From contig JBBDRO010000101.1 in NCBI GenBank assembly GCA_040905425.1, forward strand, positions 29,005 to 65,226: a DNA stretch of 36,222 nucleotides, given 5' to 3'. The first letter of the stretch is position 1, and every line of letters starts with the position of its first letter. The notes beneath the pieces are model-generated. The model was not told the origin of the DNA. It made no database searches and saw nothing but the letters and a program-made list of their open reading frames with translations. The translations under genes were made by a program, and so were the position numbers. Of this stretch, positions 1 to 11,268 are shown piece after piece. The stretch comes from Gemmatimonadota bacterium. GTDB taxonomy: Bacteria > Gemmatimonadota > Gemmatimonadetes > Longimicrobiales > RSA9.

Positions 1-87
1 CCGCCCTGCTGCTGGCCGCCCTGCTGCTGACCGCCCTGCTGCTGACCACCCTGCTGCTGACCGCCCTGCTGCTGGCCGCCCTGCTGC
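1..87 (-). repeat. 15-bp coding tandem repeat (CCGCCCTGCTGCTGR on +), about 5.8 copies, encoding GGQQQ
   Basis: Units start at 1, 16, 31, 46, 61 and 76 (partial); may continue beyond the window edge. Confidence 0.95.
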
Positions 88-2696
88 CCCTGGCCCTGTT
101 GCTGGCCCGTCTGCGGGGGCGTCGGCGGCTGCACCTGCTGCCCACCCTGCTGGCCCTGCTCACCCTGGTCCCCCTGACGCATGCGCTCCAGCACCTCGTT
201 CTGCTTCTCCGCCAGCGAGAGCGCGTCGTTGGTGGCCTGCCGGACCGACTCCTCGGCCTCCTCCTGCCACTGCTCGGCCATGCGCCTGCGGGCGCCGTCC
301 AGACGCTCGGCGGTCTCCTCGAGCTGCTCGGCCGCCCGCGCGCCCTCCTCGGCCGCGCTCTGCCCCTCGCCGGCTGCCGCATCCGCGGCGGCCCGCTCCT
401 GCGCCTGGACGGCCGCCCCGACCTCGTCGGCGGCCTGGCCGACCTGTTCGCCGGCCCCCTCCTGGCTCTGTTCGCCAAGCGTCTCCTGCAGCTTGCGGAG
501 TGCCTCCTCGAGCCGGCTGCCGCGCTCCCGCAACTCCTGCTGGCGCGCGGCGCGTGTGCTGTCGGCACCCTGCTGCCCCATGGCCTCCGCCAGCGCCTGC
601 TGCTGCGCGGCCAGCTCCCGCGTCTCCTGGGCCAGCGCGTTCATCTCCTGCTCGGCCGCGGCCTTCTCGAGCATTTCCACGCTGCGCTCCATCTGCCGCC
701 GGAACTGCTCCTGCTCGGCCGCCAGCTCGCGCAGCGCTTCCTCCACGGCCTCGGGATCCAGATTCTCGAGGCCGCGGCTGAGCGCCTCGAGCTGCCGCCG
801 CATCTCGGGCGTGAGCGCCTCGTCATAGAGGCGACGCAGCTCATCCAGCCGCTCGCGCAGCGCGGGGTCCTGCAGCCCCGCCGCCTGCATGGCCCGCTGC
901 ACAGCGTCCACGCGCTCGGCAAGCTCCGCGGCGCGCCCCATGAGGGCCTCCTGCTGATCCAGGATCTGCCGCGCCTCCTCGGCCTGCGCGAAGTCCATCC
1001 CCCCTTGGCCGGAATTGCCGGCGGAGCCGCCTCCGCCCGCCGTGCCACGGCGGGCGTTGCCAGCCGTGGTGCGCCGCTCCACACCCCGTGTGGCCTCACC
1101 CACCTCACCGGCCGCGCGCGCCAGCTGCGCGGCCTCCTCGAGCGCCGCGGCGGCGTCACCCCTGGCGCGTTCGCGCTGCTCGGCGGCGCTCGGCACGTGC
1201 AGGGAGAGGACGGCGGACGCACCGATCTGACCCCCCGGGGAGTCATCCGTGACGCGCACCTGTACCTTGAGGGTATCGCCGGGCAGCAGGTCCCGGCCGC
1301 GGGCGTTCAGCACCGTCCGCAGGGCCAGACGCTCGCCGCCGAACGGCACCGGCATGGGCTCCTCCACCACGGCTTCGGCACCGCCGCCGGCCCGCACCCG
1401 CCAGCTCAGCAGCGTGGCGGCGGCCACGGCGTGGTCATCCCGCGCCTCCGCCGCCAGCGCCTGCGTGAGCGATGGATCGATGATGGTGTCCCCGCCCGGG
1501 AAGGTGATGCGTACCTCCGGTGGGGCGTCCTCCACCACGCGGATCTCTAGCGGCGCCGGCGGCACGGCGGGCGTGGCCGCGCTGTCGCGCAGCGACCACA
1601 ACCACACACCGTCCTGGCGCGGCGTCCAGCCACCGGCGAACGAAGCGCCGTCCACCGGGACGCGCACGGTGGGCCCATCGGCCGCCGACACCAGCTCCAC
1701 GGCTGCCAGCGGGCGCGTGGCCCGCCCGCTCAGTTCCAGCCGCGTACCCGCGGGGATCTCCAGGGCCGGTACGTCGGCCCCCCAGTGATCCGCCTCACGC
1801 TCCAGGTACGCCGGATAGACCACCCGGATCTCGAGGTCCGCCACGAGCAGCGGGTCGATCGGCACGGCTTCGAACTCCGCCGAGCGAGCACCGTCCGGCG
1901 CTGCCACGCGGTACACCGTTGCCGCGTCCACCGGCGGCAGGGTACCGACCGCCGCATCGCCGCGCACCGCGAGCACCACGCTGCCGGGCACGTCACCCTC
2001 GGCACGCCAGTGCAGCGTAACGGCGCTGCGCCCCGCGGCCGCCACGCGCACCTCAAGCGGCTCCCCGCGCGGCACCTCGGCGTTGCCGGGCGCCACGACC
2101 AGCTCCGGCAGCGGCAGCGGGACCATGTGGCTCACCGGGTGAAGCAGCGGGCTCCAGCCGGCGCGGGCGCGCTGTGGAGAGGCCAGGGCCAGCCCCACCA
2201 CCATGAGCGCCAGCGTGCCCAACGCGCCGAAACCGATGCGGCGCCGACGCAGGGCGCGCCGGCCGAGTTCCCCCGTAAGCTCCCCCCCGCCCTCCAGCCG
2301 GGCCGCCACCGCGCCGGCGGCGTGCCGATAGAGCGCGGCGGACGTACCGCGCGGCAGCGTGCGTTGCAGCTCCAGGATGCCGTGCACCGCACCCTCGGGC
2401 AGGGTGAAGCGGCGCTCCGCCTCGCGGGCCACGCGCGCCTCGGTGAAGCGCTCCGCGTCCCTGCGCCGGGCCACGAACACGAGGGCCGCGGCGCCGGCCG
2501 CCGCGGCGCCCCAGAGCAGGAGCGGGACTGGCCCAGGGCTGCTCCACAGACGCACGTCCGCCACCAGCCAGCCCACCACCAGCAGGAGGGGCAGCACGGC
2601 CAACGCCAGCGCCACAGCCCCCGCCGCGCCATCCCGACGCAGCCGGCGGACGGCGGCTTGCACGTGCGCAAGGAGGTCCGTGCCGAGCGGGCTCAT
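3..2696 (-). CDS. Large membrane-anchored coiled-coil protein, DUF4175-like (partial; 3' end runs off the left edge)
   Basis: ATG at 2696 overlaps the DUF4159 stop (ATGA). Translates MSPLGTDLLAHVQAAVRRLRRDGAAGAVALALAVLPLLLVVGWLV... with N-terminal hydrophobic helices, a later Glu/Gln/Arg-rich helical region and GGQQQ repeats at the window edge. Missing from the ORF track because no stop lies in the window; the long + ORFs 99..1550 and 1785..2780 are its in-frame antisense shadows. I spot-checked the frame rather than translating every codon. Family inferred from architecture and adjacency to DUF4159. Confidence 0.75.
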   Translation of the reverse strand, partial: MSPLGTDLLAHVQAAVRRLRRDGAAGAVALALAVLPLLLVVGWLVADVRLWSSPGPVPLLLWGAAAAGAAALVFVARRRDAERFTEARVAREAERRFTLPEGAVHGILELQRTLPRGTSAALYRHAAGAVAARLEGGGELTGELGRRALRRRRIGFGALGTLALMVVGLALASPQRARAGWSPLLHPVSHMVPLPLPELVVAPGNAEVPRGEPLEVRVAAAGRSAVTLHWRAEGDVPGSVVLAVRGDAAVGTLPPVDAATVYRVAAPDGARSAEFEAVPIDPLLVADLEIRVVYPAYLEREADHWGADVPALEIPAGTRLELSGRATRPLAAVELVSAADGPTVRVPVDGASFAGGWTPRQDGVWLWSLRDSAATPAVPPAPLEIRVVEDAPPEVRITFPGGDTIIDPSLTQALAAEARDDHAVAAATLLSWRVRAGGGAEAVVEEPMPVPFGGERLALRTVLNARGRDLLPGDTLKVQVRVTDDSPGGQIGASAVLSLHVPSAAEQRERARGDAAAALEEAAQLARAAGEVGEATRGVERRTTAGNARRGTAGGGGSAGNSGQGGMDFAQAEEARQILDQQEALMGRAAELAERVDAVQRAMQAAGLQDPALRERLDELRRLYDEALTPEMRRQLEALSRGLENLDPEAVEEALRELAAEQEQFRRQMERSVEMLEKAAAEQEMNALAQETRELAAQQQALAEAMGQQGADSTRAARQQELRERGSRLEEALRKLQETLGEQSQEGAGEQVGQAADEVGAAVQAQERAAADAAAGEGQSAAEEGARAAEQLEETAERLDGARRRMAEQWQEEAEESVRQATNDALSLAEKQNEVLERMRQGDQGEQGQQGGQQVQPPTPPQTGQQQGQGQQGGQQQGGQQQGGQQQGGQQQGGQQQG

Positions 2697-3388
2697 GGTG
2701 CCACCTGGCTCAGGGCGAACACGAAAAGATTCACGCCCATGCGCAGGGCCGCCTCACGGGTCTCGGGCGGATCCTCATAGGTGTCCGGGTCCTCCCAGCC
2801 GTTGCCCAGGTCGGACTCGAAGCTGTAGAAGACCACCAGGCGGCCCTCGCGGAAGATCCCCAGGGCCTGCGGTGCCCGCCCCTCGTGTAGATGGACCTTG
2901 GGGAGGCCGTCGGGCAGGTCGTAGAAGGCGTGGAAGACCGGATGGTCGGCCGGGATCTCCACCAGCTCCTGATCAGGGAAGACGCGCCGCAGCTCCCGGC
3001 GGAAGCTCTCGTCCAGGCCGTAGTTGTCATCCGCGTGGAGGAAGCCGCCGGACAGCAGGTAGCGGCGCAGCAGCGCCACCTCCTCCTGGCTCAGACGGAT
3101 GTTGCCGTGGCCCGTGAGGTAGAGGAGCGGGTGGGACCAGAGATCGGGATCGGTGAGGCGCACCCGGGCCGGCTCGCGGGCCACCGGCATGCCGGTACGC
3201 GCGGCGATGGCGGCCAGCAGGTTCGGCAACCCTGACGGATTGGCGTACCAGTCCCCGCCACCGTCGTACTGGAGCTGAGCTATGGTGGATGGAGCGGGCG
3301 CGATGGGCGGGGCAGCGGCGGCCAGCCCGGCCGCGGCCGTGCCCGCCAGCAGGCATCCGAGGGTGAGCACCTTCATTCTGCTTCTCAT
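2693..3388 (-). CDS. DUF4159 domain-containing exported protein
   Basis: Start re-called to ATG 3388 (overlaps rsmI stop; alternative ATG 3376). Signal-peptide-like N-terminus, then QYDGGGDWYANPSGLPNL, YLTGHG, GGFLHADDNYG and DLGNGWED, typical of DUF4159. Confidence 0.85.
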   Translation of the reverse strand: MRSRMKVLTLGCLLAGTAAAGLAAAAPPIAPAPSTIAQLQYDGGGDWYANPSGLPNLLAAIAARTGMPVAREPARVRLTDPDLWSHPLLYLTGHGNIRLSQEEVALLRRYLLSGGFLHADDNYGLDESFRRELRRVFPDQELVEIPADHPVFHAFYDLPDGLPKVHLHEGRAPQALGIFREGRLVVFYSFESDLGNGWEDPDTYEDPPETREAALRMGVNLFVFALSQVAP

Positions 3389-4233
3389 CCTCCCTCCCTG
3401 CCCGTGACGGCAAGGACAATCTCGTAGGCGGCGTTGCGCCGCAGTTCCAGGCGTCGTGCAAGCTCCCGCGCCACGTCGCTGGGCCGGCTCCCGGCATCCA
3501 GAAGCTCCCGGGCCAGCGCCTCCGCCTCCGCCCGTCGCGCCGCCGGATCCGGCGCTACGGCCGCCGGCGGTCCCACCACCACCACGATCTCGCCGCGCGG
3601 TGGCGGCCCACTGTAGTAGGCGGCCAGCTCCCCCAACGTTCCACGCTGGAACGTCTCGTGGAGCTTGGTGAGCTCCCTGGCCACGGCCGCAGGACGCTCC
3701 GCGCCGCACGCCTCTGCCAGCTCCTCCAGCAGGCGGCCCAGCCGACCGGGCGCCTCGTAGAGGACCGCCGTGTGGTCCAGCGCCGCCACGCGCGCCGCCA
3801 GTTCGCGCCGCGCGCCCGCCTGGCGTGGCGGGAAGCCCAGCCAGGTGAACGGCTCGGCCGGCAGCCCGGCGCCCACCAGCGCCGCGAGCAGCGCCGAAGC
3901 ACCCGGCACCGGCACCACCTCGTGCCCCGCCTCGAGCACGCATTGCACGATGCGTGCGCCGGGATCGGACAGCAGCGGCGTGCCGGCGTCAGAGACCAGT
4001 GCCACGTCGGAGCCCGCCTCGAGCTGCGCCACGATCTCCTCCGCTCGCCCCGCCTCATTGTGCTCGTGGGCGGAAGCCAGGGGCGTGCGTAAATCGTAGC
4101 GGCGAAAGAGGATGGCTGTACGCCGAGTATCCTCGGCGTAGACGCGGGTCACGCTCCCCAGTACCTCCAGGGCGCGATGCGACATGTCCGCCAGGTTGCC
4201 GATGGGTGTGCTTACAATATAGAGCCGGGCCAT
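3385..4233 (-). CDS. rsmI: 16S rRNA (cytidine1402-2'-O)-methyltransferase
   Basis: LYIVSTPIGNLADMS, AEDTR, VSDAGTPLLSDPG, YEAPGR, ARELTKLHE motifs. Confidence 0.97.
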   Translation of the reverse strand: MARLYIVSTPIGNLADMSHRALEVLGSVTRVYAEDTRRTAILFRRYDLRTPLASAHEHNEAGRAEEIVAQLEAGSDVALVSDAGTPLLSDPGARIVQCVLEAGHEVVPVPGASALLAALVGAGLPAEPFTWLGFPPRQAGARRELAARVAALDHTAVLYEAPGRLGRLLEELAEACGAERPAAVARELTKLHETFQRGTLGELAAYYSGPPPRGEIVVVVGPPAAVAPDPAARRAEAEALARELLDAGSRPSDVARELARRLELRRNAAYEIVLAVTGREGG

Positions 4234-4239
4234 GGACCG

Positions 4240-4245
4240 ATGGTA
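4240..4245 (-). promoter_or_regulatory. Putative -10 element (TACCAT) 6 nt before the rsmI ATG; probable leaderless promoter
   Basis: Minus strand reads TACCAT-cggtcc-ATG with no Shine-Dalgarno; no clear -35. Confidence 0.45.
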
Positions 4246-4326
4246 GGGGGGGTCCGCCCGTGGGCGGCGGATGCCGGGGCGGGGAGCGGCGCGCCACCCC
4301 CCGCCCGGCTCAGCCGGTCGGTCGGT

Positions 4327-4659
4327 CTACAGGTGCTCCTGGATCTTGCGCTCCAGGAGGTTCTTGGGCACCGCGCCCACCACGGTGTCCACGTGCTTAC
4401 CATCCTTGAACAGGAGGATGCTCGGGATGGAGCGGATGTTGAACTTGGCGGCGGTCTGCTGGTTGGCGTCCACGTCCAGCTTAGCCACCTTGAGCCGGCC
4501 TTCATACTCCTGCGCGAGTTGCTCCACCACGGGCGCCACCATGCGGCACGGACCGCACCATGCCGCCCAGAAATCCACCATGGAGAGCCCGTCGGCTCCT
4601 TCGATCTCCGTGGCGAAGTTGCCGTCCGTTACGCTGATCGGTCCGCCGTTGTCGGCCAT
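4327..4659 (-). CDS. trxA: Thioredoxin
   Basis: 110 aa with DFWAAWCGPC active site and cis-Pro motif RSIP; SD AAGGAG upstream. Confidence 0.97.
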   Translation of the reverse strand: MADNGGPISVTDGNFATEIEGADGLSMVDFWAAWCGPCRMVAPVVEQLAQEYEGRLKVAKLDVDANQQTAAKFNIRSIPSILLFKDGKHVDTVVGAVPKNLLERKIQEHL

Positions 4660-4712
4660 CCCGCTATCTCCTTGAAGCTGCCTCCACCACCCTGTGCGGG
4701 CGGCCTGGCATC

Positions 4713-4726
4713 GTTATGATAATTCT
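4713..4726. promoter_or_regulatory. AT-rich divergent promoter core between trxA and mce
   Basis: GTTATGATAATTCT gives TATGAT on + (4715-4720) and TATCAT on - (4721-4716), overlapping -10-like hexamers in an otherwise GC-rich divergent gap. Confidence 0.45.
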
Positions 4727-4781
4727 CTCGGACGCCGCTGCGCGGACCCGAGTAGCTGCAAATTCCGTCCCGGAGGACGTT

Positions 4782-5183
4782 GTGGAATACCCGGTCGACC
4801 ACATTGCCGTGGCCGTGGCCTCCATCGAGGAGGCGCTCCCGGCTTTCGAACAGATTTCAGGCGCCCGCGGTTCCCCGCCCGAAGAAGTCCCCGCACAGCA
4901 GGTGCGCGTGGCCTTCGTGGGCACGGGCGCGGGCCGCCTGGAACTCCTGGAGCCCACCGCGCCGGACTCCCCGGTGGCCCGTTTCCTGGCCCGGCGCGGA
5001 CCCGGCCTGCATCACGTGGCCTACCGGGTGCCCGACGTGGCGGCGGCGCTGGCTCAGCTGGCCGCGGGCGGTGCCGAACTCATCGACCACGAGCCACGCC
5101 CCGGCGCCCACGGCCGGCGTATGGCGTTCGTGCACCCCAGAAGTGCGGGCGGCGTGCTCATCGAGCTGGTGGAGGATTCGTGA
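4782..5183 (+). CDS. mce: Methylmalonyl-CoA epimerase (VOC family)
   Basis: Start re-called to GTG 4782 after SD GGAGG (4772-4776). DHIAVAV, LELLEP, GPGLHHVAY, FVHPRSAGGVLIELVE motifs. Confidence 0.92.
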   Translation: MEYPVDHIAVAVASIEEALPAFEQISGARGSPPEEVPAQQVRVAFVGTGAGRLELLEPTAPDSPVARFLARRGPGLHHVAYRVPDVAAALAQLAAGGAELIDHEPRPGAHGRRMAFVHPRSAGGVLIELVEDS

Positions 5184-5616
5184 TCTTCTCCACGTCGATC
5201 TTCTCCACCAGCCAGCCCCAGCGCTCTGTCTCCACCATGGTGAAGGGGACCACCACGTCCCGCCTGCCGAAGCGCATACGCACATTGATGAGCGTGGCCA
5301 CGTCGCGCCGTCCCGGCACGAGCCCGGTGCCCGCCAGCTCGTAGTCGTCAAAGCGCAGCACGGACGCGAGCGCGAACATGCGCTCGTCCCGCTCACCGAT
5401 CGGCACCGTGGTGGACCACGGCCCGTCGGTTGTCCCGAAGGCGCGGGCCATGCCGTCCAGATCGTTGGCGTTGGCCGCGGTCAGGAACTGCTCCACCACC
5501 ATGCTGGCCGCCACGCTGTCCATCCCCGTGGTGCGCGCTTCCGTCCGCGTCACACATGCCGCCGTGCCGACGACCAGGATGCCCAGCGCCGCTCGCCCCA
5601 TCGCTCGTGTGTTCAT
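5158..5616 (-). CDS. Putative lipoprotein of unknown function (possibly NTF2-like fold)
   Basis: ATG 5616 after SD CAGGAG; lipobox-like VGTAA-C; VEQFLTAANANDLDGM...WLVEKID pattern resembles small NTF2-like lipoproteins. 3' end overlaps convergent mce by 26 bp. Confidence 0.75.
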   Translation of the reverse strand: MNTRAMGRAALGILVVGTAACVTRTEARTTGMDSVAASMVVEQFLTAANANDLDGMARAFGTTDGPWSTTVPIGERDERMFALASVLRFDDYELAGTGLVPGRRDVATLINVRMRFGRRDVVVPFTMVETERWGWLVEKIDVEKITNPPPAR

Positions 5617-5743
5617 GCACCGCTCCTGCCGGTGATTCGTGCGGCCGCGGCCGCAGCCGCACGTCCAGCCCGCAAGCTCGGGAGCACTCCCCCGCAAGTC
5701 AAGCCGCGCCGCCGCGCACGCCACTCCGCGTGTCTGTATCCTG

Positions 5744-8338
<2,595 letters not shown>

Positions 8339-8372
8339 GACTCCTCCTGCTCGGGTGACGTGCCGGGAGCGG

Positions 8373-8389
8373 GGCAAGCGCCATGCCCT
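8373..8389 (-). promoter_or_regulatory. Putative sigma54 (-24/-12) promoter of clpB
   Basis: Minus strand AGGGCATGGCGCTTGCC: GG-N10-GC spacing with GGCA and TTGC cores, about 35 nt upstream of the start codon. Confidence 0.5.
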
Positions 8390-8520
8390 CCGGGCCTGCC
8401 GAAACGGCAGCCAGGCCCGTCTGGGCGGACGAGCCCGTTGCGCCAGCATGCGCCGGCCTCGACGCGGATGCACCCGCTCCGCCGGCACCGGACGGCCTCG
8501 CGGGCCCGGCCGCGACGCAA

Positions 8521-8558
8521 CGCCGCCCCCCCCCCGCGCGGCGGGGGGGGGGGCGGCG
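8521..8558. terminator. Strong GC hairpin built from C10/G11 homopolymers, downstream of the M14 peptidase
   Basis: CGCCG-C10-GC-GCG-GC-G11-CGGCG, about a 17-bp stem, 40 nt after the peptidase stop. No U-tract, so the terminator role is inferred. Confidence 0.5.
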
Positions 8559-8597
8559 AGGGGCGCGAAGCGCCGATAACGCGAAGCAGGACGCGGC

Positions 8598-11162
8598 TTA
8601 CATCCCCGGACCCAGCAGGATGGCGTTCACGTAGGGCTGCCAGGCCGCGTACCAGAAGTGGCGGAAGATGGGGTCGTCGGCAAAGAGGAAGACGTTGCCG
8701 CCGCCCACGCCGCTGGCCGCCAGCCAGGTGGAGCGGGACAGGTGCTCCAGGTTCTCCGGGCTGATGACGCCGCTCACGCGCTCCAGCGCCGCGCCGAACG
8801 CACCCACGGTCTCGAAGCCGGTGCCGGGCTCGAAGACGCCGCCACCGCTGTGCAGGACGTAGAGGCGGCCCGGATCGCCGTCCACCCCGGCGCCGAAGGT
8901 GAGCGGGTGAGCCACGTCCAGGCGCACCGGCAGGATGGTACCCGGGATGCGCTCCTCCCAGTTGTCCAAGCGCCGCTCCTCGCGGGTCCGCAGCGCCTCC
9001 TCCAGACGCTCCTCGTCGGAGAGCTCTTCGTCCTCGTCCTCGTCGTCGGAGCGGGTCTCCAGGCCGGCCACGCTGGCGCCCAGCCCGCGGGCACCGCTGC
9101 CCACGGCCACCAGCGTGCCGCCGCCCCGCACCCAGTCGGTGAGGGCCTCGGTGGCGCCGTCGGAGAGGCGGCTGCCCTCGGGCGCCACCACCACGTCGTA
9201 GTCCTGCAGCAAGCGCGCGTTCACGGAGCCCGGCTCCACCTGGTCGAAGGGCAGCCCCAGCGTCTGCTCCAGGAAGAACCAGTGGGCGCCCGCGGAGCCG
9301 CTGCTCACACCCTCGCCCACCAGCAGCGCCACCTCAGGCAGCGTGATGCGGTAGGCGTTGTTGGTGCCCAGGTCATTGCCCTCCTCCGCCCGGCCGCTGG
9401 CAATGGGCACGGCAATGCCGCCCAGGCCGGCCGCGCTCAGCCGCTCCCGCGCCTCCGGCTGGCGCGCGGGGATGTAGAAGGTGCCCGCGGGCCAGGCGCG
9501 CCCCGCCATGGTGAAGGACTCGTCCAGCACCCGGCCATGCCCGCCCGCGGTCAGGAAGCGCACCACGCGCCCCCAGTTCTCGAAGGAGGGCGGAAAGAGC
9601 CAGCCCAGTGCGGCGGGCGGCGCGGCGGGAGGGACGGCGTCCACCACCTCCCCGGCGGCCACGCCCGTGGCACCGACGGCCTGCCAGGAGGCGTCGGGCA
9701 CACCGTCCGCGCTGTGCGTCTCCACGCCGTAGGCAAAGGGCAGCGACCACGCGGTGATGTCGTAGGAACTGGTGCCCTCGAAGAGGATGTCCGGCTGCAG
9801 CAGCGTCATGGCCAGGCGGCCGCGCGGCTGCTCCGCCGGCACGCGGATGGTGCCCTCCGGGAAGTCCCGGCGGGCCGCCCACCCGGCGTAGGAGGTGGCA
9901 TCGGTGCGGAAGGCGCGCGCGGCCCGCTCGTAGCGGATGCCCTGCTGGCGCAGATGCGCCAGCAACGCACGCACCCGGGCGGGATCGGCGCCCGGCACGA
10001 CGAGCACGTCCGGCATGCCCTCACCCGAGGTGCGGTGGAACTCGGCGAAGCCCTCGAGCAGGGCACTCTTCCGGATGGCGGACGCTTCCAGCGTGGCGTT
10101 GCCGGCCGTGCGGTGGTGCTCCGCCCGGTCGGTCAGCGTGAGCGTGTCTCCCTGCGCACGGGCAATGGCCAGCCCGGCGCTACCGCCGCCCGCCTGCTCG
10201 TAGGTCATGCCGATGGCGCCGAGCAGGCTCGGCCAGCTATCCCCGTAGCCCGGGTAGAAGAGGTCGAAGCCCTCCGCCGTGTAGTAGTCCCAGCCGTGCC
10301 GATCGAAGGCGGCGGCGTTGGCCGCGCCGAAGATCCTGCCCCACTCCAGGATGTGCTCGGGATACAGGGGGTTGATGGGCTCCGCGGCGGGAAAGAAGAA
10401 GTACGTGGAGCTGGAACCCATCTCGTGGAAGTCCACGTGCACCTGCGGCCAGAAGCGGTCCCAGGTGGCCAGGCGCGCCTTGGTCTCCGGCTGCGAGCCC
10501 CACGCCCAGTCCCGGTTCAGGTCGAACATGTAGTGGTTCGTGCGCCCGCCGGGCCACGGCTCGCGGTGCTCACGCGCGTTGGGGTCCGGGTTCGGCTCGG
10601 CGCCCCGGGCCCGCTTGTAGCCGTGCACGTAGCGGTCGCGGCCGTCGGGGTTCACCACCGGGTCGATGACCACCACCGCCGAGTCCAGCACGTGGGCCAC
10701 GTCGGGCGCATCGCGCAGCAGGTCCCAGATGGTGTAGAGCGCCGCCTCACTGGAGGAGCTCTCGTTGCCGTGCACCCCGTAGCTGAGGTAGAGTACGGCC
10801 GGGTTCTCCGCGGCGATCTGGCGCGCGCGCGCCGCCGACGTGGCGGGCTCCGAGAGTTCGCGGTTCATGGCCAGCACCTGGTCCAGCCGCGCCATGTGGT
10901 CCGCGCGGGCCAGGACGAGCTGCACCAGCGGGCGCCCCTCGGGGGTCTGGCCGTAGCGCTCCAGGCGGGTCCGGTCGGGCGCGGCGGCGGTGAGAGCCTC
11001 CAGATAGCGGGTGATGCCCGCCACGTCGGTGAAGCGCTCGCCGAGGTCGTAGCCGAGCACGTCGGCCGGGGACGGCACGGGATTCTGCTGCGCCGCCGTG
11101 GGCGCCACGGCGCACAGCAGCAGCGGGAGGGCCGTGTAGGCCGTGAGCCAGCGTCGGATCAT
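8598..11162 (-). CDS. Secreted M14-family zinc carboxypeptidase with C-terminal class I glutamine-amidotransferase-like domain
   Basis: Start re-called to ATG 11162 after SD GAAGGA; signal peptide ending PTAA-QQ; zinc motif [29 protein letters not shown]. Confidence 0.9.
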   Translation of the reverse strand: MIRRWLTAYTALPLLLCAVAPTAAQQNPVPSPADVLGYDLGERFTDVAGITRYLEALTAAAPDRTRLERYGQTPEGRPLVQLVLARADHMARLDQVLAMNRELSEPATSAARARQIAAENPAVLYLSYGVHGNESSSSEAALYTIWDLLRDAPDVAHVLDSAVVVIDPVVNPDGRDRYVHGYKRARGAEPNPDPNAREHREPWPGGRTNHYMFDLNRDWAWGSQPETKARLATWDRFWPQVHVDFHEMGSSSTYFFFPAAEPINPLYPEHILEWGRIFGAANAAAFDRHGWDYYTAEGFDLFYPGYGDSWPSLLGAIGMTYEQAGGGSAGLAIARAQGDTLTLTDRAEHHRTAGNATLEASAIRKSALLEGFAEFHRTSGEGMPDVLVVPGADPARVRALLAHLRQQGIRYERAARAFRTDATSYAGWAARRDFPEGTIRVPAEQPRGRLAMTLLQPDILFEGTSSYDITAWSLPFAYGVETHSADGVPDASWQAVGATGVAAGEVVDAVPPAAPPAALGWLFPPSFENWGRVVRFLTAGGHGRVLDESFTMAGRAWPAGTFYIPARQPEARERLSAAGLGGIAVPIASGRAEEGNDLGTNNAYRITLPEVALLVGEGVSSGSAGAHWFFLEQTLGLPFDQVEPGSVNARLLQDYDVVVAPEGSRLSDGATEALTDWVRGGGTLVAVGSGARGLGASVAGLETRSDDEDEDEELSDEERLEEALRTREERRLDNWEERIPGTILPVRLDVAHPLTFGAGVDGDPGRLYVLHSGGGVFEPGTGFETVGAFGAALERVSGVISPENLEHLSRSTWLAASGVGGGNVFLFADDPIFRHFWYAAWQPYVNAILLGPGM

Positions 11163-11200
11163 AGGTCCTTCTTCACGGTACGAGTAGATTCGGGGCGGGC

Positions 11201-11230
11201 AAAATAGCCCCGGCGCGGTCGTGCGGGCAA
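11201..11230 (-). promoter_or_regulatory. Putative sigma70 promoter of the M14 peptidase
   Basis: TTGCCC (11230-11225), 18-nt spacer, TATTTT (11206-11201). Confidence 0.4.
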
Positions 11231-11268
11231 CGCGCGCCGCCACGCACCTCATCCAGGGACGGTCCAAC

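Noticed and set aside
99..2780. Long plus-strand ORFs (99..1550, 1785..2780) and similar ones such as 6086..7903, 8658..11207, 12216..14213, 22024..24123, 27308..29428 and 32709..34247
   Set aside because: Antisense shadows of real minus-strand genes, expected at this GC content; no recognisable motifs.
5681..5702. AGCACTC near clpB as a CIRCE (HrcA) site
   Set aside because: Only one half-site, and it lies downstream of clpB.
8339..8488. N-terminal extensions in the ORF track (clpB, also lysA, hisS, accD, mreB, mreD, ald, M16 and M14 peptidases, truB, rpsO, DUF503, DUF4159)
   Set aside because: They run into upstream genes or promoters and are low-complexity; downstream starts with SD or stop/start coupling match the known family N-termini.
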